A stretch of 64,000 nucleotides of DNA from Malacoraja senta (GCA_038087875.1 CM075977.1:345092001-345156000), one strand, 5' to 3'. Positions 50,063 to 62,158 are shown, counted from the stretch's first letter. Made by a program: numbers and translations. Notes: generated by a model not told the origin, from the letters alone.

Positions 50063-50320
50063 TGATAGGAGTAGAATTAGGCCATTCGGCCCATCAAATC
50101 TATTCCACAATTCAATCATGGTTGATCTATCTCTCCCTCCTAACCCCATTCTCCTGCCTTCTCCCCATAACCTCTGACACCTGTACTAATCAAGAATCTA
50201 TCTATCTCTGCCTTAAAAATATCCATTGACTTGGTCTCCACAGCCTTCTGTGGCAAAGAATTCCACAGATTCACCATCCAGACTAAAGAAATTTCTCATC
50301 TCCTTCCTAAAGGAACGTCG
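50063..50320 (-). mobile_element. CR1/HER1 LINE 3' end
   Basis: Close to the reverse complement of 44260-44525. Confidence 0.87.
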
Positions 50321-50911
50321 TGTTGTACCTGAAACTCCTCAAACTTGACTCAACGTCCTATCATGTCCACCAGTTTCACTTAAACAAACAAACCTTTATT
50401 GATCATTGGATTCCCCTCAAGCCCTCAATCCTCACCCGCTGCTCCCCCACCGCTCCCTCCAAATTCTTTCTCTCCCTATTGTATACTTATGCAACACTGA
50501 CAGCAACATCAAGCTTAGGACAGAATTAACTGGCTGGTTGCGTATTGGTTGCCGAGATGGCCTGGGGCTGTGTTGGAAACCAGTGGAATAAATGACTTGG
50601 TCATTTTCTTACCCACTTATCTATCCTACTCACATCTGTACAGACCAAATTAGCAGGAATGGTTATGATTATGAAGACGTTCATCTTCAAAGTGGGGACA
50701 GGCTCAAACATGTCACATGTTATTGTGCCGGTTAAGGTGGGATCAAACATTCCAAAACTAGGCCTCTGATTTGGCACTGTGAGCGATCAAAGACTGATGC
50801 CACAACATCTGTGATGGCAAGGTCTGATACGTTCTTCACTCCTCCATCAGCGTTAAGCTGGTAGACCAGCCCTCATTCACTGAGGCTGTAGAAAGTGATG
50901 TTCCAAAAACA

Positions 50912-51078
50912 ACTCCAAAGATGTACAGGTTCGTAGGTTAATTGGCTTGGTATAAGTGTAAATTGTTCCTAGTGTGTGTAGGATAGTGTTAATTTACGGG
51001 GATCGCTAGTCGGTGCAGACTCGGTGGGACGAAGGGCCTGTTTCCGCACTGTATCTCTAAAATTAAAACTAAAACTAA
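50912..51078 (+). mobile_element. 5'-truncated HE1-type SINE
   Basis: 3' half plus (TAAAAC)n tail. Confidence 0.83.
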
Positions 51079-51347
51079 GCCTTTGTTCCAAATATACTTT
51101 TGAAAGAGGCGTTGAGCTGTTGGCGTTACAATGCAGAGCCACCTGCTGATAGAGTATAGACCAGGTGTGCGGCCAGTCATTCATTTAGCCAGTCATTTGA
51201 AGCTAATCTGACAATAGTATTCATTCTGCCTTAAAGCAGAAGTGGGCAGTTCACTTTCTGTCTGTTTCATAGTATAGTAATGTTGTACATAACACCAAAA
51301 CAAAATGTTTTTCAAAAAACAAGTTTTCCCTTTAGGTCCTCCTTAGT

Positions 51348-51830
51348 TTCCTGGGATGTCAGGACTTTCATATGAAGAAAGACTGGATAGACTTGGCTTA
51401 TACTCGCTAGAATTTAGGAGATTGAGAGGGGATCTTATAGAAACGTACAAAATTCTTATGGGGTTGGACAGGCTAGATGCAGGAAGATTGTTCCCGATGT
51501 TGGGGAAGTCCAGGACAAGGGGTCACAGCTTAAGGATAAGGGGGAAATCCTTTAAGACCGAGATGAGGAAAAACTTTTTCACACAGAGAGTGGTGAATCT
51601 CTGGAACTCTCTGCCACAGAGGGTAGTTGACGCCAGTTCATTGGCTATATTTAAGAGGGAGTTAGATGTGGCCCTTGTGGCTAAAGGGATCAGGGGGTAT
51701 GGAGAGAAGGCAGGTACGGGATACTGAGTTGGATGATCAGCCATGATCATATTGAATGGCGGTGCAGGCTCGAAGGGCCGAATGGCCTACTCCTGCACCT
51801 ATTTTCTATGTTTCTATGTATCTATGTTTC
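51348..51830 (+). mobile_element. Young CR1/HER1 LINE 3' end with an open RT C-terminal frame (5'-truncated)
   Basis: ORF 51356-51727: GLSYEERLDRLGLYSLEFRRLRGDLIETYKI...RTRGHSLRI...FFTQRVVNLWNSLP; (TTTCTATG)n tail. Confidence 0.93.
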
Positions 51831-51898
51831 AGTATTAATTAATGTGGCAGTTTTCTGCATCTGATATTTTAACAGAGACATAAGCTTATTAAGAGCTT

Positions 51899-52225
51899 TT
51901 TAGTTTAGTCTAGTTTAGTTTTTAGTTTAGTTTAGTTTAGAGATACAACGTGGAAACAGGCCCTTCGTCCCACCGAGTCTGCACTGACCAGCGATTCCCG
52001 CACACTAATGTTATCCCACACACACTGGGGACAATTTACAATTATACCAAGCCAATTAACCTACAAGCCTGTACGTCTTTGCATTGTGGGAGGAAACCAG
52101 AGCTCTTGGGAAAACCCACCCAGGTCACGGGGAGAATGTACAAACTCCATACAGACAACCACCAGTAGTCAGGATCGAATCCGGTTCTCTGGCGCTGTAA
52201 GGCAGCGATTCTACCATTGCCACTC
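51899..52225 (-). mobile_element. HE1-type SINE
   Basis: (TTTAG)n tail and GGATCGAATCC B box on the reverse strand. Confidence 0.88.
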
Positions 52226-52792
52226 TTAACACAGCTCTTCTAATACAGGAAACAGGAAAAATCTGATATGAACATACAAAGCTTTAACGTCCAATATTGC
52301 CAACAATACTGTAAGCTTTCACTTTATATTTGAACACCCGGTGTCCAGGGCTTAGGGGAAATAACAGCCCACAGTCAGGAAGCTGACATAAGAAAATCTA
52401 CTTAAGAACAAAAAGAATGGTTGTCTTCATCTGGAAGGAAGATAATGTTATCTTGAGCCAGTGAAATCCTGTACACTCTCAGGTGCAATCAACATAAATG
52501 TTAAAAGTATCTACAAAGAAACACATGTGATCCTCTTGGAAATATTTTCCTTCTTTGCTTAGATTCATAAAAAAGGAAGAAAATGTAATTTGCCTCCAAT
52601 ATAGAATGAATATCAGTAATGCTAACACAGCGTAGAAGGATTGCAAAAAGCATTGATCATTGCAGGGGGGAATACTGTAATACTTTGATGGATGCACAGG
52701 TATTTGCAGTAGCTTTTTGTGATTCATTTAAATGCATTTCTGTCCCAGCTTCAAAGTAGCAAAAAAAAGGTGGACTTTACTTTTACATTTAG

Positions 52793-52873
52793 GGTGAACC
52801 AGGGTTGAATGGTGTTAAAGGAGGGAAGGGTGAACCAGGTCAAAAAGGGGACAGAGGACCCCTTGGTCTCCCA
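52793..52873 (+). CDS. COL25A1: COL25A1 exon, 81 nt: GEPGLNGVKGGKGEPGQKGDRGPLGLP (possibly alternative)
   Basis: catttag|GGT...CCA|gtaagt; 9 triplets. Confidence 0.94.
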
Positions 52874-53945
52874 GTAAGTAGATAACATTTAATACAGCTT
52901 ACATCGTAAGAGTGCCAACATCTCTGGTTTACTCCGAGTAATACTAAAGAACAGATGCACCATGCTGGAGCAGAAACAAATCACTAACTCATTGTCACCC
53001 AGTTACATTGTGCGCTGTCTTATTAGATGCATTAACTGTTTTAATTGCAAATTAGTCATTTTTACAAATCACTCCTGCAGTATGTAGATGATAATTCTAA
53101 AAGATTAACAGTCATTATTGTCACTGTATGTACAAAATGTCCCGTCTTGTGATGTCTTGTTTAGGTTTATCATTTTTTTAGCACATTTACTTCATTTAAA
53201 TTGTTTAGAAGTACTTTGAGCATATTTCACAGGCGTTATATTTAACTTATTTTAAGAACATTTAGGCTATATTTTTCTCCTTTTGTTAGAGTTAATGGAA
53301 AGACCAATGCATTACCCCTTTCACACTGATGGTAAATATATGAGGGACAATATTAGCAACTGTCTTGTAGGCAGAGGAGATTATTTTAACTTGCCATCAT
53401 GTTCGGCAAGGACATTGTGTGCTGAAGGGCCTGTTCCTGTGCTGTACTGTTCCATGTTCTATTCTCCTGCATTCTGCACACTGCCAGCAGAGGGCACTCA
53501 TTTCACATCTCCAATCACTACTGTATATTATTGCAATCGTTCCTCTAAAAATTATTCATATTTTAGGGATAGAAATTGTTTTTTCTTACACCAATCTTGG
53601 GTGTAAAACTGGCTCAGAGAGGGACATTTTGGGAGACTAGTGACCAGCAACACAAAGACCTAAAACCATTTGACCTGACTTGCTGTGTATATTTGGTGGG
53701 ATGTACTTCTTTTTGATGTAGTCTAATTTCAGATTAAAAGTAGCAACCTGAATTTATTGGAACAATACTCACTTCCCCCTGCCCTTCTCCCATACATTAA
53801 TATATACTCTCCATACCATCGTGAAAATAAGGAGCCCATGTGGTAGAATATCTGGCCCAACCCTTCTGCAGACTAATGGTACTAATGATACTAATGACAA
53901 CCGTACAGAATTATGGTGAAACATAAGTACAGCATATTATTCCTG

Positions 53946-53999
53946 ATATATATATATATATATATAGAAATATATAGAGAAATATTATATATAGTATAT
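53946..53999. repeat. (TA)n microsatellite and AT-rich tract
   Basis: Direct reading. Confidence 0.9.
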
Positions 54000-54218
54000 T
54001 GTCAAAAGCTTTTTTGTCGCATGCTAACCAATCAGCAGAAAGACTAAACATGATTACAATTGAGCTGTCCACATGATGAAGGCAATAACATTTAGTGCAA
54101 GATAAAGTCCAGTACAGTCTGACTACAGATAGCCCGAAGGTCTTCAATGAGGTAGATAATAGTTTAGGACCGCTCTCTAGTTGTTGGTAAGATGGTTCAG
54201 TTGCCTGGAAATTGTCCC
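54000..54218 (-). mobile_element. Rex1/Babar-like LINE 3' UTR fragment
   Basis: Similar to 21660-21880 (TTTAGTGCAAGATAAAGTC, ATGGTTCAGTTGCCTG). Confidence 0.72.
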
Positions 54219-55150
54219 CAGAAATTAAATCCTGCAAAGGAATTGGGCTACCTCCCAGTGCAGAGCAGAGGTCAGGTCGGTTAGGTGGGGGCTGCATGTG
54301 TCACTACAAACAGTACTTTACAAGATCAATTCAGGCCAGAAGATGCATTACAGTTGCACTGAGCTCCAATGTACTCTGAATGGACGAGACGTGGTCCTGG
54401 GACTTAGCTGCAAGCTGCTGCAAGGCAAATGAGTGGGCGGACAGCCAGAGATCTAATGCCAAGGAGGCTGGAACTAAATTAACCCCACTTTCATCTACCA
54501 CACATGACCTCGGTCCAATCCCAACCATCCTCCAGTTTGGACCTTCACGATGGACATAAGGCCAGGTAGCACATTATATTGGTCCCAATTTTCATGAAGA
54601 TACGAAATGGCGGTTGGTGTGGGTGGTGGTGAATGTGGGATTTTAGAGGGAAGTTTTCCTATTTTCTCTAGAAACTAAACAGTATTAAATAAAAGATTAG
54701 AAGATAACAAACATATACTGGCAGTCATTTTGTAATTAAAGGTAAAAGGACATTGCCATTTCTAATTTAAAACTTCGTCAGAACCAAGAACAAGAAGATC
54801 TCTAAAATTGAACAAAAATGTAAAGGGTTAATAATAAAAGTTGAGAGCCAATGAGTTTAATTACCAAAGCAGAAGCAAAGCTAACGAGGTTGTAATAGCC
54901 TGAGAATATTCTTGAATTTTTGGTGAGATAAAGTAAAATGTCTTGAATTATTATTTAAAAAATAGGCAGCATCAATAAAAGTCCATTAAAAAGACATTAG
55001 TAATAAGACTGGAAAATGAATTCAAACATTATGGAAGATTGAAGAGCAGAAAAATAGTTTGAAATGTAAATTAAAGGGGTAAAATTGTTCTTGTAAGTGG
55101 GTATAGGTGTGTCCAGTGGTGGGGTTGTATTACCAGTGGTTAGAGTGGTA

Positions 55151-55213
55151 AGGAGAGCCAAACTGATGTAAGGAGAGCCAAGCTGATGTAAGGAGAGCCA
55201 AGCTGATGTAAGG
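55151..55213. repeat. 20-bp tandem repeat, three copies (AGGAGAGCCAARCTGATGTA)
   Basis: Direct reading. Confidence 0.95.
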
Positions 55214-56699
55214 GCCAGTGAAGTGAAAGGTGGAAGTGTGGCTGATCAAATCCTTGACAGTATGAAGGAGAAGAAGAGAAATGAAGCAGATGTGATTGAC
55301 CCAGAAACAGGGAGACCTCAGCAAAGGAAATAAATTAAGTGCTTCTATGGAAATGACAGGCAATGGAGCAGCAACAGTACAGATAGGGAAACGGAGAGAA
55401 GGGGTTAAATCTTGCAGAAAATGAGATGTAAATAGACAGAGAGCAGGAAGCATCATCACCAACATTGTCCACATATTGGAGAACCAGGGAATGGCTAAAA
55501 CTGGAATAGACCCAAATAATTCCCAAATGACAATTGTAGCTGCAAATCTATGCGTTCCTATAACTTTTATATGGAAAAGAGTGAATGGACCTGAAAAACT
55601 ATTCTATTGCAGAAAGACCTACAGTCACGAGAGGAATGGTTGCATTAAGTTGGGCATTGAAGAAGAAAGATCTGTCATTTCCTCATTGAAGTGCCTTGTC
55701 ATTCCTTGGCAGAGATGATCATTATATGTTACACAACAAATTCTCCCTCAATTTGAAATACATTAATTTCTATTGCAGTTGTTGCAGTGGGTGCTATTTC
55801 TATGTTCACCAGTTTTTAATACTCTGTCTTACACTTGCAATGTATCAGGAGTCGAAGGTCTGGATCAGGGCCAGAGGGAAGAATTGATCAGCAAACAATA
55901 TGGGTGGTAATCAGGATTTGAGACAGGGGGTTGCAGGAGTGGTGCGGGTAGGGGGTCATGGATGGGGGGACAGGGTTAGCGATTAAGATCAGGAAATGGG
56001 TGAGTGGAGGTTGCATTTAGGGACAAAGTGGAATTGGAGATAAAAGGAAAGGTCAGTAGGGTTTGTGAGCAGAAGGTCAACATTGGGTTGGGTGTCCAAT
56101 AAGGATTGGGGCTGAAAGCTGCAGGTGGGATGGTCAGGGCAGCGATCAGGGCCTTGCCAGGAGATTGAAGGATTGGGGCTTTCTGGAGTTAATTTCCTGA
56201 ACAATGCTGTAAAAGAGCATTGTTCAGGAGTGAATATATTTTGACATGTTTTCTGAATCTGAGGTTGGGGCAGTCCCAGTAGTGTGATTAGTCTCGTTGA
56301 ATTTCCAGAATGTTGCAAAACAACCCAGAAATATTTATTCACACATTTATGTCTGAAAATTTGCATTTTCAATCGCATAGCATTGAAACCACGCTACACG
56401 TTGTTTTTTTAATGTTCTATCGATAATTTTTGCTATCTTTTCATTGTTTTGCTTGTTTTGTAGACACACCCTTTTATGATAAGCTAGGGTGGGATAATTT
56501 CCAAGAAATTCATAATGAGGTTGTAGGTTGAAACATGATTATTTGAATTCTTGGGTTATTTTATTGCTTATCACTGGGTGGGTTCATTATTTTATGTCAT
56601 TTAATTGATCTACCTGTTGAAACAGTTGCTGTTCACAAGCAAGCCAAAATAAATCACATGCATTTAAGCAGGAAAATTCATGCTCCTTTTAAAAGACAT

Positions 56700-57220
56700 T
56701 AGTGAGGCTGCATTTGGAGTATTGTGTTCTGTTTTGGTCACCCTGTGGTAGAAAGGATGTCATTAAGCTGCAAGGAATGCAGGGAGATTTTGCCAGGACT
56801 CAAAGGCCAGAGCTATAGAATGAGGTTGGGCAGGCTAGGATTTTATTCCTTGGAGTGCAGGAGGCTAAAATATTATCTTAGCTTATAGAAGTGTATAAAA
56901 TTATGAGTGGAATAGATAGGGTGAATGTCACAGAGACCTTTACCCAGAGTAGGAGAATCAAAGAACAGGAAACAAATTCAGGGTGAGAGGAGTAACATTT
57001 AATGGGAACCTGAGGGGCAACTTTTTCACTCAAAGGGTGGTGCATATATGGAAGAAGCAGCCAGAGGTGGTAGTTCATGCAGGTAATTTAACAGGTACAC
57101 TTGGACAGGTACATGGATAGGAAAGCTTTGGAAGGATATGGGCCAAATGTGGGCAAATTGGACTAGCTTAGTTGGCATGGACGAGTTGGGCCGAAGGGCC
57201 TGTTTCCATGCTGTATGAGT
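56700..57220 (+). mobile_element. CR1/HER1 LINE 3' fragment
   Basis: TTGGAGTATTGTGTTCTGTTTTGGTCACC...GGGCCGAAGGGCCTGTTTCCATGCTGTATGA. Confidence 0.87.
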
Positions 57221-57680
57221 TTATTACTGAATTTTCAGCATTGTAGCAGTTGATGAAAGTCATTCATGAAAATGTATGTATGAAGTTTCCTATGAGCTCC
57301 AAATATAATCAAAATGTAAGTGTGTTCTTTATAAATACATTTACAGTGTAGTTATACTTGCTATCCTGGGGAAGAATTACCCTGTGCTTATTTCTCAGAA
57401 CTATGTGTGGTAGGGAGGGTATTCTGGATTTAAACCAAGCTGTGGTGCACTTCCCACCCATAACTGTTTTAGGATAATTAATTGTAGTGTTGGAATAACA
57501 TCATATCATTATAAATTCCATGTATGTTTTTGAGTCTTTTTATGTCTGTGTTTCATATATAATACACCAGTAAATCAGGAATTCCCATCTTCATTGTGTG
57601 ATGTTGTTTCTGATCATTAACCATCGTGCACTAAAACCGTATTCCTCTTACCCACCCCTCTAACGACACAAATTATGCAG

Positions 57681-57716
57681 GGTGCCTCTGGCTTAGATGG
57701 ACAGCCAGGACAGCGG
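57681..57716 (+). CDS. COL25A1: COL25A1 exon, 36 nt: GASGLDGQPGQR (possibly alternative)
   Basis: tatgcag|GGT...CGG|gtgagt. Confidence 0.93.
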
Positions 57717-58547
57717 GTGAGTTGGTCACATTTGTACTTTGTCCTTCCTTCTGACTATCTCCTTTCTGCTTGGTGCAGGGCAGTCCACGTGAGCTGGTTA
57801 ATGTTCTGTGCTCATATCCCTCTCCTTCCTACTTACTACAGTCTCTGTGCATGCATCACTCACACTTCAGTGTCAGGCACTAGCAAGTCCCTTTGACTAA
57901 CTTGCCCTTTCTCACTGCCCATTCTGTCCAGCATTGCTCCAAGATAGAGTGAGTAAGCGAGATAGTACTGGTGTTGTAAATCCTCTGAACATTGTACGTT
58001 CTGAAAGTTCACGTCAAGAGAGTGCAACCCATGCAATCACACTGTGCAGCAAATAAATCAAGTGTAGATCCAGGGAGAAAGCACCGGGACATTGTTATTT
58101 TAGCAGGTGCAAGCGTGTGATTTCACATGTATGGCTGTGTGCATTCCCACCAGGTTCAGTGGGTGATAGTCATAAAAGAATCATGATTGCCCCACAATAG
58201 AATCTCTGCAGGGTCTTTGCTCTCCTCTTAGATTCCATCTTGAATAAATGAACCAATAATAAAAGCCAGCATTTGAATACAGAATGTGTGAGGTTTGCTC
58301 TTCTGTAATCAATCTCGTTGGCACCGGTCCAGTTGGAGCCGTCACAAGGTGAATTTGCTGCAAATGTTGTTGTCGGTCAGGTCAGTGGGTGTTGCATCTG
58401 CGAGGCAAGTCTCTGAACTTCTTCACTGTGAAGGTACTTCCATGAGCGGTGCATGCAACAGGTCAGCACAAGTTGATGAAGTGATAAAGAGTGCAGTGGA
58501 AATGGGAAAAGAAAGGATAGCTGGTACTGAAAATGTATAAGAAGTGT

Positions 58548-58757
58548 GTAAGAAAGAACTGCAGATGCTGGTTTAAATCGAAGGTAGACACAAAATGCTG
58601 GAGTAACTCAGCGGGACAGGCAGCATCTCTGGAGAGAAGGAATGGGTGATGTTTCGGGTCGAGTCTGAAGAAGGGTCTCGGCCCGAAACGTCACCCATTC
58701 CGTCACTCCAGAGATGCTGCCTGTCCCGCTGAGTTACTCCAGTATTTTGTGTCTACG
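58548..58757. mobile_element. Young Penelope-derived fold-back element
   Basis: Near-perfect ~78-bp arms GTAGACACAAAATGCTGG... / ...CCAGTATTTTGTGTCTAC (58584-58757). Confidence 0.85.
58662..58696 (+). ncRNA. Putative minimal hammerhead ribozyme core, sense to the collagen pre-mRNA
   Basis: GT-CTGAAGA (58665-58671)-A-GGGTC-TC-GGCCC-GAAAC-GTC (58690-58692)-AC. Confidence 0.52.
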
Positions 58758-58903
58758 GTTTGAAAATGTACTTGTGTTGTTAATAGGATCAAGCGGTGAG
58801 GCAGTTGTCATGGATGTGAGCAGTTTAATTTTCCCGTTATCCACCAGAGATGACAGGCCTGTCGGTTTATGACCACAACTAACTGTTCTCATTGTCTTCA
58901 AAG

Positions 58904-58957
58904 GCCATGGACGGCGCTGTGGGGCCCGCAGGCCCAGCTGGTCCAAAGGGAGACAGA
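58904..58957 (+). CDS. COL25A1: COL25A1 exon, 54 nt: AMDGAVGPAGPAGPKGDR (Ala in the first Gly position)
   Basis: cttcaaag|GCC...AGA|gtaagt; classic 54-nt collagen exon size. Confidence 0.9.
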
Positions 58958-59894
58958 GTAAGTTGTCTGATTGTTTACAATGTCTTGCAGAGATCAGTAA
59001 GGACTGTGCAATGTATAATGAGACATGCTTTGCTCAGTTGCTGATGATAATTATGCCGCACATCCGGTAATATTAACATTTCCACGATGCCTCTATGCAC
59101 TGATCTTTGATACTATTTGTTTTTTTTGACATTTTCTCCTTTTCTGTTTGTTTCTCCTTTTTTCCCTCACTGAGAATCAACTTGTGTTTGAGAAAGCCGG
59201 GCAACCCCTTTATCGTCCTTTAATCTTTCCTTCCATTTTTCGAACATCCACCAATATTTAACTTCCTGACTTTGCCATATCATGTTCCCTGATCACTCTA
59301 TAGCCACAGTCACTGATATTGATCGAGGGCATATCGGATCTTGTGTTCATCTCGACTCACATCCTCCACTCAGCCCCAACTTTCATTCCTTCTGTGGCTA
59401 TTCCCAGTTTTAAAAAACTCTGTCCCTGCTCATTCACTTCCATACATTCAATATCACAATGATTTGCTCTCCATTTGTTATCCACCAAGACCTTGGTTCT
59501 ACCGATGGTCCTAATTCCTTCTGAGACAATTAGTCTTCCTCACCCTGAATGAGCTCCTGGTACAGCTGTCATTATCCCCACTCTTCAATCCCTGGGACAT
59601 GTACTGAATGTACATAGCAGGCGGTTGGTTCAGCCAGTCACCACTCGATCCCATTTGCTCATTATTCCAGGAAGATGTTGAAAAGATAAATGTATTCTCT
59701 TGCTTCGTTCTTCCACTGTAACTGTCCTCTTCAACATTTATCTCCCTTCGGCAAGTGTACGGAGCACATGGACTTCATTGTGATGAGATTAAGGCCATCC
59801 GGCCAGCTTCTCTTGCTGCTCCCCTCCCTCCCTCTAACACAGGGAGCTAAGTTCCTGTTCTTCCAGGTGGTGTTTGACATTGAGGAGTACTAGA

Positions 59895-60185
59895 GACACA
59901 ATTGACTGCAGATGCTGAAATCTTGAGCTACAAGCAAAGTGATGGAGGAACCCAATGGGTCAGAAAGCATCTATGGAGGGAAATGGACAGGCGATGTTTA
60001 GAGTCTGGAACCCTTCTTTAGACTGAAGAAGGGTCTCGACCCATTCCTTCTCTCCAGAGATGCTGCCTGTCCTGCTGAGTTGATCCAGCATTTTGTATCT
60101 CACCTCTTTAGACTGATGTCTGTCCATTTCCATTCCCATATGATGCCTGCCTATCTGAGTTCCTCCAGCACATTGATTTTTGATT
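59895..60185. mobile_element. Composite Penelope-derived fold-back elements
   Basis: CCCTTCTTTAGACTGAAGAAGGGTCTCGACC centre; arms of two different ages. Confidence 0.7.
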
Positions 60186-60779
60186 GAGGAGTACAGATTC
60201 ATCAAGTGGTGGGTTCTTTTTTTGCCCATGTTCGACCTGATACATTGTGGGCTCTGGAGCCAATGTTGAGGACATCCGGGCTGTGGACCACATTTGGTGG
60301 GTCCATCCTGCTGGTGGAACAGAGCGCACACAGGGAATTTGATGGAAGAGTCCAAGACTGTATGATTCTGATGGTTAGGTTGTTACTTGACTGATTCATG
60401 GGATTCATCTTTCAATTTAGACACCAGTCAGAAGATTGGAAGGAGGAATTTGCAAGGTTACTGAGGCTGAGAGTGACCTTGTATTGTGCAAATTTGAACC
60501 GGGTTGATACCGGGTGTTCATCTGATTTTATTCTTTCTCAGCTAATGCTTTATTCTCCTCGGCTACTAAAGATGTGTCTATAAGCGGCCACCGTTAGTCA
60601 GCTTTCAGGCATAGGCATTTAAGTAGCAAGTAATAATTGCACCACAAAGGTACCAGGCAATAACCATCTCCAGCAACTGACAGTCCTGACCCTACCCCTG
60701 GAAATCACTGGCTATAGTCTGTCCAAATTGCCGACCGTCAATATCCAAAAATATCAACAATGACCTGAAACTCAACTGA

Positions 60780-61625
60780 ATGAAAACTTGGATGAACACG
60801 AGGATTCACTCTCTGCTAAAGTCCAGATCCGAGGCTTTCAAGAAGGCCAATCCTGCAGTGTACAAGGAGGCCAAGTATCATCACCTTAAGGCTATCAGAG
60901 ATGTCAAGAGAGACTTCCAAAACAGGCTGGAGGCTCAATTCAATCAAGTGGCTGCTAGGCAAACCTTGCAGGACATAAAAAGCAACCAAGAGAGATGCAT
61001 CATAGGCGACAAACCAAAATCTGGAGTGATCTTTCACGATGCTTCTCTCTCAGATGAGCTTAATACCTTCTACAGTAAACAAAACTCCAACAAGGCATGT
61101 TCCTTTCATCCCCCCCTCCCCGCAGACTCTGTCCCACATATCTCAGTGAGATGTCTCGAGAACCAGAGGACATAGGTGTAAGGTGAGGGGGGAAAGATTT
61201 AATAGGAACCCAAGGGGTAACCTTTTCACACAAAGGGTGGTGGGTGTATCTGAGGAGCTGCCGGAGGAGGTAGTTGAGGCAGGTAAACAGGTTCATGGAT
61301 AGGAAAGATTTAGAGGGATATGGGCCAAATGCAGGCAGATGGGACTAGTGTAGATGGAATATGTTGGTCGGTGTGGTCAAGTTGGGCTGAAGAGCCTGTT
61401 TCCATGCTGTATGACGCTATGACTCAATGGCAGAAGTCAGATCTGCTTTCATGACGGTAGATTCATGTAAGATGGCCAGCCCGTTTAGTGTTCTGAAATT
61501 GTGCGCCAATCAATTGGCCACAGTTTTCGCACCACCTTCAACCTCTCACTTCAACAGTTTTCTGTTCCCACCTACCTCCATTATTCCAGTCCGCAAGAAA
61601 AATAAAGTGACCTGTCTCAAATAGA
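60780..61625 (+). mobile_element. Rex1/Babar-like LINE ORF fragment interrupted by a CR1 3' end
   Basis: WMNTRIHSLLKSRSEAFK...DASLSDELNTFY; resumes with VLKLCANQLATVF...IIPVRKKNKVTCL. Confidence 0.78.
61158..61426 (+). mobile_element. CR1/HER1 LINE 3' end nested in the Rex1-like fragment
   Basis: GAACCAGAGGACATAGG...CCTGTTTCCATGCTGTATGAC tail. Confidence 0.85.
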
Positions 61626-61812
61626 CCTCTCCAGTGATGGTTTTCATTTCAGCACGTAATTGCCAATCAGCGCTGTGGGTGCTCTGACCTCTGTGCACCC
61701 TCTTTCTAAACTTTGCTGCATTTGTCAGTTTCCAGCTCTGTCACACCTAAAGACATTAAAACCATTTACTAATACTTCTTTCTTGCAAATGATTTATTTT
61801 ATTATATAAAAT

Positions 61813-62115
61813 AGTGCACCACAGTGGCGCAGTTGCTCCTGAGAGCCAGGAGACCCAGGTTCGATCCTGACCTCAGGTGCTGTCTGTGTGTTCTCCCCAT
61901 GACCGCATGTGGTTTCTCCGGATCCTCTGATTTCCCCCCACCTTCCAAAGACATGCAGGTTTCTAGGTTAATTGGCTTCTGTAAATTCCCCCTAGTGTGT
62001 AGGATACGAAAGTGGGATAACATAGAACTAGTGTATAGTTGATCGATGGTCGGCATGGACTCGGTGGGCCTAAAGGCCTATTTCCACGTTGTATCTCTAA
62101 ACTAAAATAAACTAA
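61813..62115 (+). mobile_element. HE1-type SINE
   Basis: GGTTCGATCC B box; tail ends about 45 nt before the exon at 62159. Confidence 0.87.
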
Positions 62116-62158
62116 TCCCTAAACTACATTAAATATATTAAAATTGTTGTTATTTCAG

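Noticed and set aside
51356-51727. Host protein-coding gene from the 123-aa ORF
   Set aside because: It is the C-terminal part of a CR1 reverse transcriptase in a 5'-truncated insertion.
55151-55213. Hammerhead or C/D snoRNA motif in the 20-bp repeat (CTGATG)
   Set aside because: CTGATGTA does not fit CUGANGA, and there is no stem II/GAAA or C-box/D-box arrangement; simple recent tandem triplication.
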